Origin: Chloroflexota bacterium
GTDB taxonomy: Bacteria > Chloroflexota > UBA11872
Length of the DNA: 64,000 bases
Direction of reading: 5' to 3'
Assembly: GCA_965219705.1 (NCBI GenBank)
Contig: OZ244789.1
Span: 2,339,429-2,403,428, forward strand
Shown: positions 7,965 through 16,480 of the stretch, piece by piece
How the letters are laid out: every line of letters starts with the position of its first letter
Position numbering within the stretch: position 1 is the first letter of the stretch
The notes under the pieces: generated by a model
Databases searched by the model: none
Seen by the model: the letters and a program-made list of their open reading frames with translations, nothing else
Told to the model about the DNA's origin: nothing
Program-made: the position numbers and the translations under genes

Positions 7965-10526
7965 CTACAGCGCCGCCAACAGTTCCCGCTGGCGCGCGAG
8001 CCGCGAAGATCGGGCCTCGGCGAACCGCAGGATGCCGGCGTAGATTGAATCGGCGTCAAGCTGCGCCTCGGCGATCACGTCCGGCTCGGTTCCCCCGGTC
8101 AGCCACTGGTTGTCCCAGTCGGACCACAGCGAGTACTCGTCGGTCAGCGGTCCCAGGTCGCGCACCGGCGGCACACGCCGCGTGCCCGTGGAAACCACCA
8201 TCGCGTCGTAGCGCGCTCCGGGCGGTACCAGGTGGTCGCGGTAGGCCTGTGGCTGTCGCTCGAAGAGTTCCTCGCTGACCACGGCGATCACGCGCACGTT
8301 CACGCCGGCCTCTTCGAGGTTCGGCAAGACCCGCATCAGGTTGACCGTCGAGTTCGAACCCTGCACCAACACCGTGCCCTGCGGCGGGCTGCCGGCGTCC
8401 CAATCGCGGATCAGATACAAGCCCTTGGCCGCGGCCAGCGGATCGGAGTCGGCGAAAGCCGCGCGGTCGGCGACCGGAAAGTCCGGCCGCGCCACCTCGA
8501 TGGTGATCAACCCGACCTTGGGATCGCGGGCCGCAATCTCCGCCGCCGCGAAGTAGCCGGGCGCCACGTCGTTGTAGTCCCAGAAGCTCAGGTTGATGGC
8601 CTGGTCGCGTGGGAACAGCTTCCACACCTGCGGCGCAAAGATGCCGAAGTGCGTGCGCGCGTCCGCCGCGGTCTCCGGACCGGAGTGACCGGCCAGGATG
8701 TGCAGCACGCCCATGCGAAACGGGCTGTCCTGGTTCTGCTGGCTCCAGACACGGGCGGGCAGATACATCAGCGGCGTGAACGCGCCGTAGGTGCCGCTCA
8801 GGGCCCAGACGCCGGCGTGCCGGTCGGGGTCGAGCGACGCCGACTGGCTCACCAGCCCAATGGCCGACGAGGCGTTCCCGGCTTCCTCGATCGGCGCCTT
8901 CATGCGCGTGCCTAGCGGATTGTCCACCGGGTCGTAGTGCCCCCACATCGCACCCTTTTCGACGTTGATCGAGCTGGACAAGTCGGCCGCCAAGGTGATG
9001 AAGCGGTTGTCCGTGACGTAGTTGACCCACTTGATCAACTCGGAGATTGCGCGCCGCGTTCCGGCGACCTCGCCCGGTTTCTTGGCCAGCGCGATGTCCA
9101 CCGACGTTGTTTCACCGGTGATCTCGTTGGTGACCTCAACCATCTGCGGCTCCAGCGGAATGTTCTGCGGGCGCAGCCGCTCGTCCATAAACGGATCGAC
9201 GGTGGGGTCGATGCGCAGCGGCAGGGTGTCGTTCAGCGAGTCGCCAAGCTCGACCAGCCGATCCGCCAGCCAGTCGCCCAATCCGTTCTGGTTCAGCACG
9301 GACATGGCAACGTCGATGTTGGTCTTGAACTGAATCAGGCGTTCCCGCTCGTCGGACACGGGGCCTTCGCGGATGCCGTCGAACTCCACGCCATAGCGCC
9401 GTTCGAAGGTCTCGGCCAGCGCCACGAAGTAGGGCTCGTTCATCTTCAACTCGTAGGGGTGGCTGTGATACCCGACGAGCTGGTCGCCAAAGCCGGGAAC
9501 GTGCCCGTTATCGGCGGCCGGCCACCATCCCTTGGTCGTCTGTCCGACGACGATGATCGGCCGGCGATCGTTCGGATCCCAGTCCTCCATTGCCCGCAAG
9601 GCGGCCAGGACTTGGTCGTAGTCGTTGCCGTCCTCGAGCGAGATCACGTTCCAGCCGTACGACGTCCACTGGTCCTCGATCACGTAGCCCTTGGCGAGCT
9701 GCGGAGCGATGACGCCGCCGACGAGCGAATCGTCGATACCGGCGTTGTTGTACGAGAGCAAGACGCGCAGCCGCTTGCCAACCTGCTGCGCCAGCGCCTG
9801 GGTCTTCAGTTCCTGTGCATGCCCCTCGGTCATGGCGAACTCGCCTTCGAGGGCGATGACCTTGAGCGAATCATCAGCGCCAACGAAGTTCCAGAAGGAC
9901 GCCTTGCCGGCTGCCGTCGCGACCCCGATGCCCGACGGCCCGCCGTTGACGTCGTTGGTCAGGTCGGTGGTCTCGGCGTGCCCGGCCAGCGAGCGGATGC
10001 CGCGGATCTTGGCCTGGGCGAACAGGGGGTCGTCGTCCAGCCCATTGTCCTGCAGCAGCGTCGCCAGGGCGCCGCGCCCACGCCGAAATCCCAGCGCGTC
10101 GATCGGCAGCATGCCCACGTTGGGATCGACGGCGTAGCGGTCATCGCCCGTCGCGGCGTGCTTCAGGGCCATGGCCTCGCCCATGATCATCCAGAGGGCG
10201 TAGGCCGTGGGGATGTTGTGTCCGCCGGCCAGCATGAAGCGGTCGCAAAACGGGTGCTTGGGCCGGCGATAGTCGAACCGCATCGCGCCGTTCTCGGGGC
10301 CGCCGAGATGCAGGGCCACGTTGTAGGGCGTGTAGGCCAGCGGACCGCCGAAGTGCCCGGTTTGGGCGTAGTTGCCCAGCAGCACCAGGGTCATCGCGGT
10401 CATGAACCCAACGTCTTCGATCCGATCGCGGTCATAGGCGGGCACTTCAACCGTGTGGTCGATGGCCACCGACTGAGCCGCACTCGTGCGGGCGGTGACG
10501 TTCTGGGTGCCGTTGGTGTGCGCCAT
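7965..10526 (-). CDS. atypical long (about 850 aa) transketolase-like thiamine-diphosphate enzyme
   Basis: GHFGGPLA, GGHNIPTAYALW, NGGPSGIGVATAAGKA and LEGEFAMTEG...NNAGIDD align with the transketolase PP-domain motifs. The C-terminal half shows Pyr and TK-C like regions. AAGGAG lies 9 nt upstream of the ATG at 10526. Confidence 0.65.
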   Translation of the reverse strand: MAHTNGTQNVTARTSAAQSVAIDHTVEVPAYDRDRIEDVGFMTAMTLVLLGNYAQTGHFGGPLAYTPYNVALHLGGPENGAMRFDYRRPKHPFCDRFMLAGGHNIPTAYALWMIMGEAMALKHAATGDDRYAVDPNVGMLPIDALGFRRGRGALATLLQDNGLDDDPLFAQAKIRGIRSLAGHAETTDLTNDVNGGPSGIGVATAAGKASFWNFVGADDSLKVIALEGEFAMTEGHAQELKTQALAQQVGKRLRVLLSYNNAGIDDSLVGGVIAPQLAKGYVIEDQWTSYGWNVISLEDGNDYDQVLAALRAMEDWDPNDRRPIIVVGQTTKGWWPAADNGHVPGFGDQLVGYHSHPYELKMNEPYFVALAETFERRYGVEFDGIREGPVSDERERLIQFKTNIDVAMSVLNQNGLGDWLADRLVELGDSLNDTLPLRIDPTVDPFMDERLRPQNIPLEPQMVEVTNEITGETTSVDIALAKKPGEVAGTRRAISELIKWVNYVTDNRFITLAADLSSSINVEKGAMWGHYDPVDNPLGTRMKAPIEEAGNASSAIGLVSQSASLDPDRHAGVWALSGTYGAFTPLMYLPARVWSQQNQDSPFRMGVLHILAGHSGPETAADARTHFGIFAPQVWKLFPRDQAINLSFWDYNDVAPGYFAAAEIAARDPKVGLITIEVARPDFPVADRAAFADSDPLAAAKGLYLIRDWDAGSPPQGTVLVQGSNSTVNLMRVLPNLEEAGVNVRVIAVVSEELFERQPQAYRDHLVPPGARYDAMVVSTGTRRVPPVRDLGPLTDEYSLWSDWDNQWLTGGTEPDVIAEAQLDADSIYAGILRFAEARSSRLARQRELLAAL

Positions 10527-10770
10527 CAATCGCTGCTCCTTGGGAGTCGAGGCCAGGGGAGGGGCATCGTCAGACTGCCCCGGGTGCGCCGGTCACGCGG
10601 CGGATGAGGCACGCCGCCGTTGCCGCGGCGCGCGAATGGCGCCTAAGAGATTACCCGATGCCCCACCGCTCGATGGCGCGACGCGGCGCCGGTGCGAGCG
10701 ACCGTCGGGCCGTAACCGGAGACCGCTAGTCTCAAGGCCTCGCGGAGCCTTCCCGGCTCGCTCTGCGCCA

Positions 10771-11754
10771 TCACGCGGCCGTCAGCAGTTCGAGCAGGCC
10801 CTGGGGATACAGCGGGCCGTCGAGCGGCTGGGAGACGTCGAGCCAAACGGCTTCGATGGGCTTGCCGCTTGCCTCGATCCCAATGATCCGCTCGGTGCCG
10901 TAAAGCGACCGGTCCACGAACGCAGCCGCACAGTGCAATGCAATCCAATGCGCGGGCTGGCGTTCCCGCCTGAAGATGTTCTCGAGGGTCGCCAGATAGC
11001 GCACGTGCTCGATCTCCGCGCCGATTTCCTCGCGAATTTCGCGCTGCACGGTCTGTGCCGAGCGTTCCCCGAACTCGACCGCGCCGCCCAGCGGACGGTA
11101 GAAGTGGTCGCCATTTTGCATTTTGTACTTCTGCACCAGGAGACGCGGACCGTCGCGAATCACCGCCAGCGCCAGCAGGCGGATGCGGCCCCTGGAAGGC
11201 CTCCGGTCAGACATATGTGCACCCTCGGGCGCCGAGGAATCAACGGTTTGCGGCATTTGTCTGGGGGGTAGTGCTGATTTCCCGGAGAAGCCACTAGTGC
11301 AGTTGACCTGTGGTGCGGCTGTCAGCAACTCGACCAGGCCCGCGGGATACAGGGGCCCGTCGAGCGGCTGAGAGACATCGAGCCAAACGGCTTCGATGCG
11401 TTTGCCGCTGGACTCTGTGCCAATGATCAGCTCGGCGGCATAGTGCGACCGGTCCACGAAGTCGGCGTCGAAGAGAAACACGATTTGATGCGCGGGCTGG
11501 CCGTTCCGTTCGAACAGGTCCTCGAGCGTGGCCAGATGGCGGACCTGCTCGATCTCCACCTCAATTTCCTCCAGAATCTCCCGCTTCACGGCTTGCGCCG
11601 CGCGTTCCCCAAACTCCACCGCGCCGCCCAGCGGACGGTAGTAGCGATCGCCATTGGGCGTCTTGTACCGCCGCACAAGCAGCCGCGATCCGTCGCGAAT
11701 CACCGCCAGCGCCACCAGGCGGATGCGGGCCCTGGCCTTCCGCTGGTCAGACAT
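10771..11754 (-). CDS. tandem double NUDIX hydrolase: two paralogous about 147-aa NUDIX units in one open frame (possibly two genes)
   Basis: Both halves carry a NUDIX box (GAVEFGERAAQAVKREILEEIEV and GAVEFGERSAQTVQREIREEIGA) and are colinear with about 70 percent identity. They are joined by a 33-aa linker. The second unit has its own ATG at 11214 preceded by GAGGGTG. Confidence 0.7.
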   Translation of the reverse strand: MSDQRKARARIRLVALAVIRDGSRLLVRRYKTPNGDRYYRPLGGAVEFGERAAQAVKREILEEIEVEIEQVRHLATLEDLFERNGQPAHQIVFLFDADFVDRSHYAAELIIGTESSGKRIEAVWLDVSQPLDGPLYPAGLVELLTAAPQVNCTSGFSGKSALPPRQMPQTVDSSAPEGAHMSDRRPSRGRIRLLALAVIRDGPRLLVQKYKMQNGDHFYRPLGGAVEFGERSAQTVQREIREEIGAEIEHVRYLATLENIFRRERQPAHWIALHCAAAFVDRSLYGTERIIGIEASGKPIEAVWLDVSQPLDGPLYPQGLLELLTAA

Positions 11755-11835
11755 CAGCACACCATCCGGTCAAGCCGGCCGATGCCTCTGCCCGGCGCAT
11801 CCGCGCCGGCCGCACCGCGGCGACCCGGCATGCCC

Positions 11836-12897
11836 CTATGGCGCGCCCTCCGGTGGCGCCGGGGGACCGTCCTGCAAGTAGTCCAGACTGAGCGCCGTGC
11901 GGACCTGCTCCAGCAACGCCTCGCCGCGTCGCTTGGTCACGGCTGTGCCGGCCGCCAGCACGTCCCGCACGTCGTCCGGGCGTGCCGCCCAAGCGGCTCG
12001 GCGGTCGCGAATCGGCGTCAAAAAGGCGTTCATGGCGTTGAACAGCCGGTCCTTGACCTCAACGTCTCCCACCCGGCCGGTGCGATAGCGGGCTTTCAGG
12101 TCGTCCACCTCGGCCGTGTCCGGGTTAAAGGCGTCGTGATACATGAACACGGGGTTGCCCTCCACGGTTCCCGGATCGGTGGCCCGCAGCCGCTTGGGGT
12201 CGGTGAACATACTGCGCACCTTCGCGCGCAGGGTTTCCTCCGAGTCCTTCAGGAAGATTGCGTTGCCGGCGGACGTGCCCATCTTGCCCTTGCCGTCGAT
12301 GCCGACCAGACGCGGCACCGAGCCCAGGCGGCCCTCCGGAACCACGAACACGTCCCCGAAGCGCCGGTTGAAGCGCATGGCGACGTCGCGCGTCATCTCG
12401 ATGTGCGGCAGCTGGTCGTCGCCAACCGGCACCAGGTGAGCCAGCGGCAGGAGGATGTTGGCGATCTGCATCACCGGGTAGTTGAAAAAGGCCACGGGCA
12501 CCGACTTGGTGGTTGCTTCGAGGTCCGCTAGCTCGGCCTTGAGCGTGGGGTTGCGTTGCAGGTGGCCCAGGCCGAGAAACCAGCTCAGATGCAGAGTGAG
12601 CTCAGCGAACTCCGGCACGCCGCTCTCGATCACGAAATGCGATCGGTCCGGGTCCAGACCCACGCCAAGCCAGTCCAGGGCCACTTCCCACAGCCCCCAG
12701 CGAATCCAGGGCAGGTTGTCGGCGTAGTCCGAGACCTGGTAGTCCGCCAGCAGGAAGAACGATTCGTATTCGTCCTGCAACTCCAGCCACTGGGAAAAGG
12801 CGCCGGCGTAGTGCCCCACGTGGGAGGGCCCCGAGGGCCGCAGCCCGGTGAGAATGCGGCGGCGTTCGGCGGCGGGGGCGTTGGCCGGGTCCGGCAT
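11836..12897 (-). CDS. trpS: tryptophan--tRNA ligase
   Basis: Class I motifs TGLRPSGPSHVGHY (HIGH-type) and KMGTS (KMSKS-type) with TrpRS-like context. I chose the ATG at 12897 (MPDPANAP...). Confidence 0.9.
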   Translation of the reverse strand: MPDPANAPAAERRRILTGLRPSGPSHVGHYAGAFSQWLELQDEYESFFLLADYQVSDYADNLPWIRWGLWEVALDWLGVGLDPDRSHFVIESGVPEFAELTLHLSWFLGLGHLQRNPTLKAELADLEATTKSVPVAFFNYPVMQIANILLPLAHLVPVGDDQLPHIEMTRDVAMRFNRRFGDVFVVPEGRLGSVPRLVGIDGKGKMGTSAGNAIFLKDSEETLRAKVRSMFTDPKRLRATDPGTVEGNPVFMYHDAFNPDTAEVDDLKARYRTGRVGDVEVKDRLFNAMNAFLTPIRDRRAAWAARPDDVRDVLAAGTAVTKRRGEALLEQVRTALSLDYLQDGPPAPPEGAP

Positions 12898-12982
12898 GCA
12901 GGGTGACCTCGACGGAGAGCTTGGCAACCCATAGTGCCACTGGAGGCTGCCCGGACGCGGGGTGCTGGGCCACTTTGAGTCC

Positions 12983-13135
12983 GTCATTCCCGCGAAAGGA
13001 GACCTTTGAATAAAGAGGCGCGGGCGGTTCGCGAACCGCCCCTACTCGTGCGCCAACAGGTTCAGCGGCGACTAGATTCCCGCCTTCGCGGGAATGACGG
13101 AGGGGGCACGCAAAGGTCTCCGAAAGCGGGAATCC
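12983..13135 (+). repeat. REP-like hairpin GTCATTCCCGCGAAAG/CGGGAATCC interrupted in its loop by a 122-bp insertion
   Basis: Removing 12999-13126 regenerates GTCATTCCCGCGAAAGCGGGAATCC. That is identical to the intact copy at 50161-50185. Confidence 0.7.
12999..13120. mobile_element. MITE-like non-autonomous element (122 bp) with 10-bp perfect terminal inverted repeats and a 6-bp target-site duplication
   Basis: TIRs are GAGACCTTTG (12999-13008) and CAAAGGTCTC (13111-13120). Flanking direct repeats are CGAAAG (12993-12998 and 13121-13126). Inside it are the palindrome GGGCGGTTCGCGAACCGCCC (13022-13041) and another copy of the REP hairpin (13073-13100, inverted). Confidence 0.6.
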
Positions 13136-13247
13136 ATCCGCGGCCCGCCGACGGGCGAACCGAGGGAGCCGCGACGATGTCCGCTGGTGATGGGGCCATG
13201 CCGCGCCCCAATGTCAAAGTGACCGACTACCGCACGCGGCGCTCGGT

Positions 13248-14672
13248 CTAGCGCAGCAGCTTGTTGACGCCGTTGAGGCCGGCGACCTTATATGCCTCGG
13301 CGAACGTGGGGTAGTTGAAGATCGTCTCCACGAAGTAGTCGATGGTGCCGCCGAGTTGCATGACCGCCTGCCCGATGTGCAGCAGCTCGCTGGCCTGGTT
13401 GCCAAAGATATGGACGCCCAGCAGTTTGCGGGTGTTGGGATCGAACAGCAGCTTCAGAATCCCGAAGTCGTCGCCGATGATCGCGCCGCGGGCAATCTCC
13501 TTGTAGCGGGCCACGCCGCTCTCGTAGGCGGCGCCCTCGATGGTGAGCTGCTCTTCGGTCTTACCGATCAGCGCGATCTCGGGAATCGTGTAGATGCCGA
13601 TGGGCAGCTCGTCGTCGATGTTGGGGCAGTCCATGCCCAGGGCGTGGCGGGCGGCCAGCCGTCCCTGCTCCGCCGAGGTGGAGGCCAGCGCGGGCTGCCC
13701 GATCACGTCGCCCACGGCATAGACGTGCTCCAGCTCCGTCTGAAAGAACTTGTTGACCTTCACCCGGCCGCGGTCGTCGGCGGTCAACCCCGCGGCGTCC
13801 AGGTTCAGCAAGCCGGTAGCGCCCCGACGCCCGATGGAGTACATCACCACGTCGCTGACGGTTCGGGCGCCGGTTTCGAGCACTGTGACCGGACGGCCGC
13901 GACTATCGAACTCCACGGTTTCCACGTTGTGCCCCAGGCGCATGGTGATGCCGTCCTCGCGCATGCGGTACTTGAGCGCTTCGCCGATCTCCTCGTCCAC
14001 GATCTCGAGCAGGTCTTTGCGGCCGTCGATCAGCGTGACGGCGACGCCAAGCGTGGCGAAGATGCTGGCGTACTCCGTGCCGATGATGCCGCCGCCAACG
14101 ATGGTCAACGACTTGGGAATCGCCGGCAGGTCCAGGATCCCGTCGCTGTCGACGACGCGCTTCTGGTCGAACGGGATATGGGCCGGCCGGGCGGGATTCG
14201 ACCCGGTGGCCAGGATGATCTTCTCGGCCCGGACCTCGATGATGGAACTCTCGGTAAGGATCGCAATCATGTGCGGGTCAACGAAATGTGCGACGCCGTT
14301 GAGCAGGTCGACGTCGTTGCGCAAGAACCCATCGCGGACCACGTCCACCTCGGCCTGGACGACCTGTGCCGTGCGCAGCAGCAGGTCGCTCATGGTGACG
14401 TCGGCCATCACGCGGTAGGACTCGCCGTAGAACGAACGCTGGCCGATGCCGGTGACGTGAATCACGGCCTCGCGCAGGGTCTTGGATGGAATCGTGCCGC
14501 GGTGAACGGCCTGGCCGCCGATGTAGCGCTGGCGGTCGATGGCGGCCACGCGCTTGCCGCCCTTGGCCGCCTGAATCGACGCGCGCCGTCCGGCTGGTCC
14601 GGTCCCGATGACCACAATGTCGTAGCGCGGATCGTCGTTTGCATTGATGCCAGGGCCGTGGCCGCTAAGCAT
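13248..14672 (-). CDS. sthA: soluble pyridine nucleotide transhydrogenase-like flavoprotein (class I pyridine nucleotide-disulfide oxidoreductase lacking the redox CxxxxC)
   Basis: YDIVVIGTGPAGRRASIQAAKGGKRVAAIDRQRYIGGQAVHRGTIPSKTLREAV. The GTIPSK context has no active-site cysteine pair, as in SthA. I chose the ATG at 14672. Confidence 0.75.
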   Translation of the reverse strand: MLSGHGPGINANDDPRYDIVVIGTGPAGRRASIQAAKGGKRVAAIDRQRYIGGQAVHRGTIPSKTLREAVIHVTGIGQRSFYGESYRVMADVTMSDLLLRTAQVVQAEVDVVRDGFLRNDVDLLNGVAHFVDPHMIAILTESSIIEVRAEKIILATGSNPARPAHIPFDQKRVVDSDGILDLPAIPKSLTIVGGGIIGTEYASIFATLGVAVTLIDGRKDLLEIVDEEIGEALKYRMREDGITMRLGHNVETVEFDSRGRPVTVLETGARTVSDVVMYSIGRRGATGLLNLDAAGLTADDRGRVKVNKFFQTELEHVYAVGDVIGQPALASTSAEQGRLAARHALGMDCPNIDDELPIGIYTIPEIALIGKTEEQLTIEGAAYESGVARYKEIARGAIIGDDFGILKLLFDPNTRKLLGVHIFGNQASELLHIGQAVMQLGGTIDYFVETIFNYPTFAEAYKVAGLNGVNKLLR

Positions 14673-14832
14673 CAGGTGCGCTCCCAGTGCGGATGAGGTG
14701 CGACGCCGATCCCGCCGACGTCGTAGCGCTGGGTTTTCTGCATGCGCATCAACCGGTGGCCGCAACAGCTTTCGTGGCATCGTAGCGTGACCACCCGAGC
14801 AATACGTGTGCCTGGGTTCCAAAAGAGCAAGC

Positions 14833-15651
14833 ATGACGACTCGCTGCCGCCGCTGGCCGGCGTTTCCGGGGGCATGGCGCGCCGCGGCCGTGGCCGCCAT
14901 GGTTGTGGTGCTGTTGGGCGGCGCCTGCGGCGCTGCCGACGATGGCGAGCTCACCGTCTACGCCGCGGCCTCGCTGCGCGATGCGTTTGCGGAAATCACC
15001 GAGGCGTTTAAGACGACGCTTGTAGACGCACGCATATTCCTCAACTTCGCCGGCTCGCAGGTGCTGCGGGCGCAGATCGAACGCGGCGCGCCCGCCGACG
15101 TCTTCGCCTCGGCGGACGAGGTCCACGCCCGCGAGCTGGCGGAGGCCGGACTGTTGGCGACCTCGCCGCGGGTGTTTGCCCAAAATGCGCTGGTGCTCGC
15201 CGTGCCCGTGAGCAATCCGCGCGGGATTGCGCAGCTCGCTGATCTGGCCCTTGCGGATGTGCGGCTCGTCATGGGGGTCGCGGACGTACCGGCTGGGCGG
15301 TATGCGCGCGCGGCGCTCGAGCGCTATGCCGCGGCGACTGGACACGGGGAGTTTCCGCAAGCGGTCCTCGACAATGTGGTCTCATTTGAGACGAGCGTCC
15401 GCCTGGTGGCGGCCAAGCTGGAGTTGGGCGTGGTTGACGCCGGATTTGTCTATCGCACCGATGTCCTGGCTTCCGATGGCGCCCTGGTAGAGATTCCGCT
15501 GCCGCCGGAGGCAACGATCTCGGCGCCGTACCCCATTGCGGTGACGACCCGCGCGGCCGGGCGCGCGGCTGCGCAGGCGTTCGCCGACTTCGTGCATTCG
15601 CCGGCCGGCCAGCGCATCCTGGCGGCGCATGGCTTCCAGCCGTCCCGGTGA
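14833..15651 (+). CDS. modA: molybdate ABC transporter substrate-binding protein
   Basis: LTVYAAASLRDAFAEI...FNFAGSQVLRAQIERGAPADVFASAD is canonical ModA. An N-terminal signal/lipoprotein-like segment is present. The gene is followed by modB and modC. Confidence 0.9.
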   Translation: MTTRCRRWPAFPGAWRAAAVAAMVVVLLGGACGAADDGELTVYAAASLRDAFAEITEAFKTTLVDARIFLNFAGSQVLRAQIERGAPADVFASADEVHARELAEAGLLATSPRVFAQNALVLAVPVSNPRGIAQLADLALADVRLVMGVADVPAGRYARAALERYAAATGHGEFPQAVLDNVVSFETSVRLVAAKLELGVVDAGFVYRTDVLASDGALVEIPLPPEATISAPYPIAVTTRAAGRAAAQAFADFVHSPAGQRILAAHGFQPSR

Positions 15652-15673
15652 GGCCCGCGGACTGACTCAGAAA

Positions 15674-16480
15674 ATGCGGCGCGCGCAAACACTGACCTGG
15701 GGCAGGCTTGCCATCGCGGCATCCGCCGCGATCCTCGTCGCCTTCATCGGCATCCCGGTTGGGGCCCTGATTGCCCGCGGGTTCATCGAGGGCGACGTGC
15801 TCGCCGCGCTGCGCAGCCCGGTCGCCACCACCGCGCTGTGGCTCTCGCTGGCGACCTCGGGCATCGCCGTCGTCGTTGCCGTGGCCCTGGGAACACCGGC
15901 TGCCTACTTGCTGGCGAGATATGCGTTCCCCGGGCGAAGCATCGTCGACACGCTGATCGATCTGCCCGTGGTGCTGCCGCCGGTCGTCGGAGGGCTGGCG
16001 CTGCTCGTGGCGCTTGGGCGTCACGGAGTGATCGGCGGCCCATTGGACGCCGCCGGCGTTGACGTGGCGTTCACCACCGGCGCGGTGGTCCTCGCCCAGC
16101 TCTTTGTCGCCGTGCCTTTCTACATTCGGGCCGCGCGCGCGGGTTTCGAGGGCGTCGATCGCCGGCTCGAAGCCGTCTCCGCAACCCTTGGCGCGAGCGG
16201 GTGGCACACCTTCCGGCGAGTGACGGTCCCACTGGCGTTGCCATCGCTGATCGGCGGCGCGGTCATGTGCTGGGCGCGCGCCCTGGGCGAGTTCGGCGCC
16301 ACGATCATGTTTGCCGGCAACGTATTCGGCCGCACCCAGACGATGCCGCTGGCCATCCTCGAAGCCATCGAGACCGACGTCGACGCCGCGCTGGCCATCG
16401 CCATCGTCCTGATCGTCCTGGCCTTTGCGGGGCTGCTGGTCTTCAAGGCCCTGGCACGGCTCGGGGGGCGCATCTTGTGA
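15674..16480 (+). CDS. modB: molybdate ABC transporter permease
   Basis: Polytopic permease carrying the EAA-type loop (ATLGASGWHTFRRVTVPLALP), located between modA and modC. Confidence 0.9.
   Translation: MRRAQTLTWGRLAIAASAAILVAFIGIPVGALIARGFIEGDVLAALRSPVATTALWLSLATSGIAVVVAVALGTPAAYLLARYAFPGRSIVDTLIDLPVVLPPVVGGLALLVALGRHGVIGGPLDAAGVDVAFTTGAVVLAQLFVAVPFYIRAARAGFEGVDRRLEAVSATLGASGWHTFRRVTVPLALPSLIGGAVMCWARALGEFGATIMFAGNVFGRTQTMPLAILEAIETDVDAALAIAIVLIVLAFAGLLVFKALARLGGRIL

Noticed and set aside
8937-10607. Very long ORFs antisense to, or out of frame with, clear genes. Examples: 8937..10607 (556 aa), 13356..14696, 35855..37171, 40924..42111, 51979..53589, 55055..56254, 60148..61215, 61040..62035, 26287..27762 and 14749..15360.
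   Set aside because: Their translations are Arg/Gly/Pro/Ala-rich and low in complexity, with no motifs. Each fully overlaps a gene with strong family signatures on the other strand or frame. These are typical GC-driven shadow ORFs.
10530-10770. The 240-nt GC-rich leader upstream of the transketolase-like gene was examined for a TPP riboswitch.
   Set aside because: The conserved CUGAGA and ACCUGAUCUGGAUAAUGCCAGCG-type elements are absent on the coding strand.
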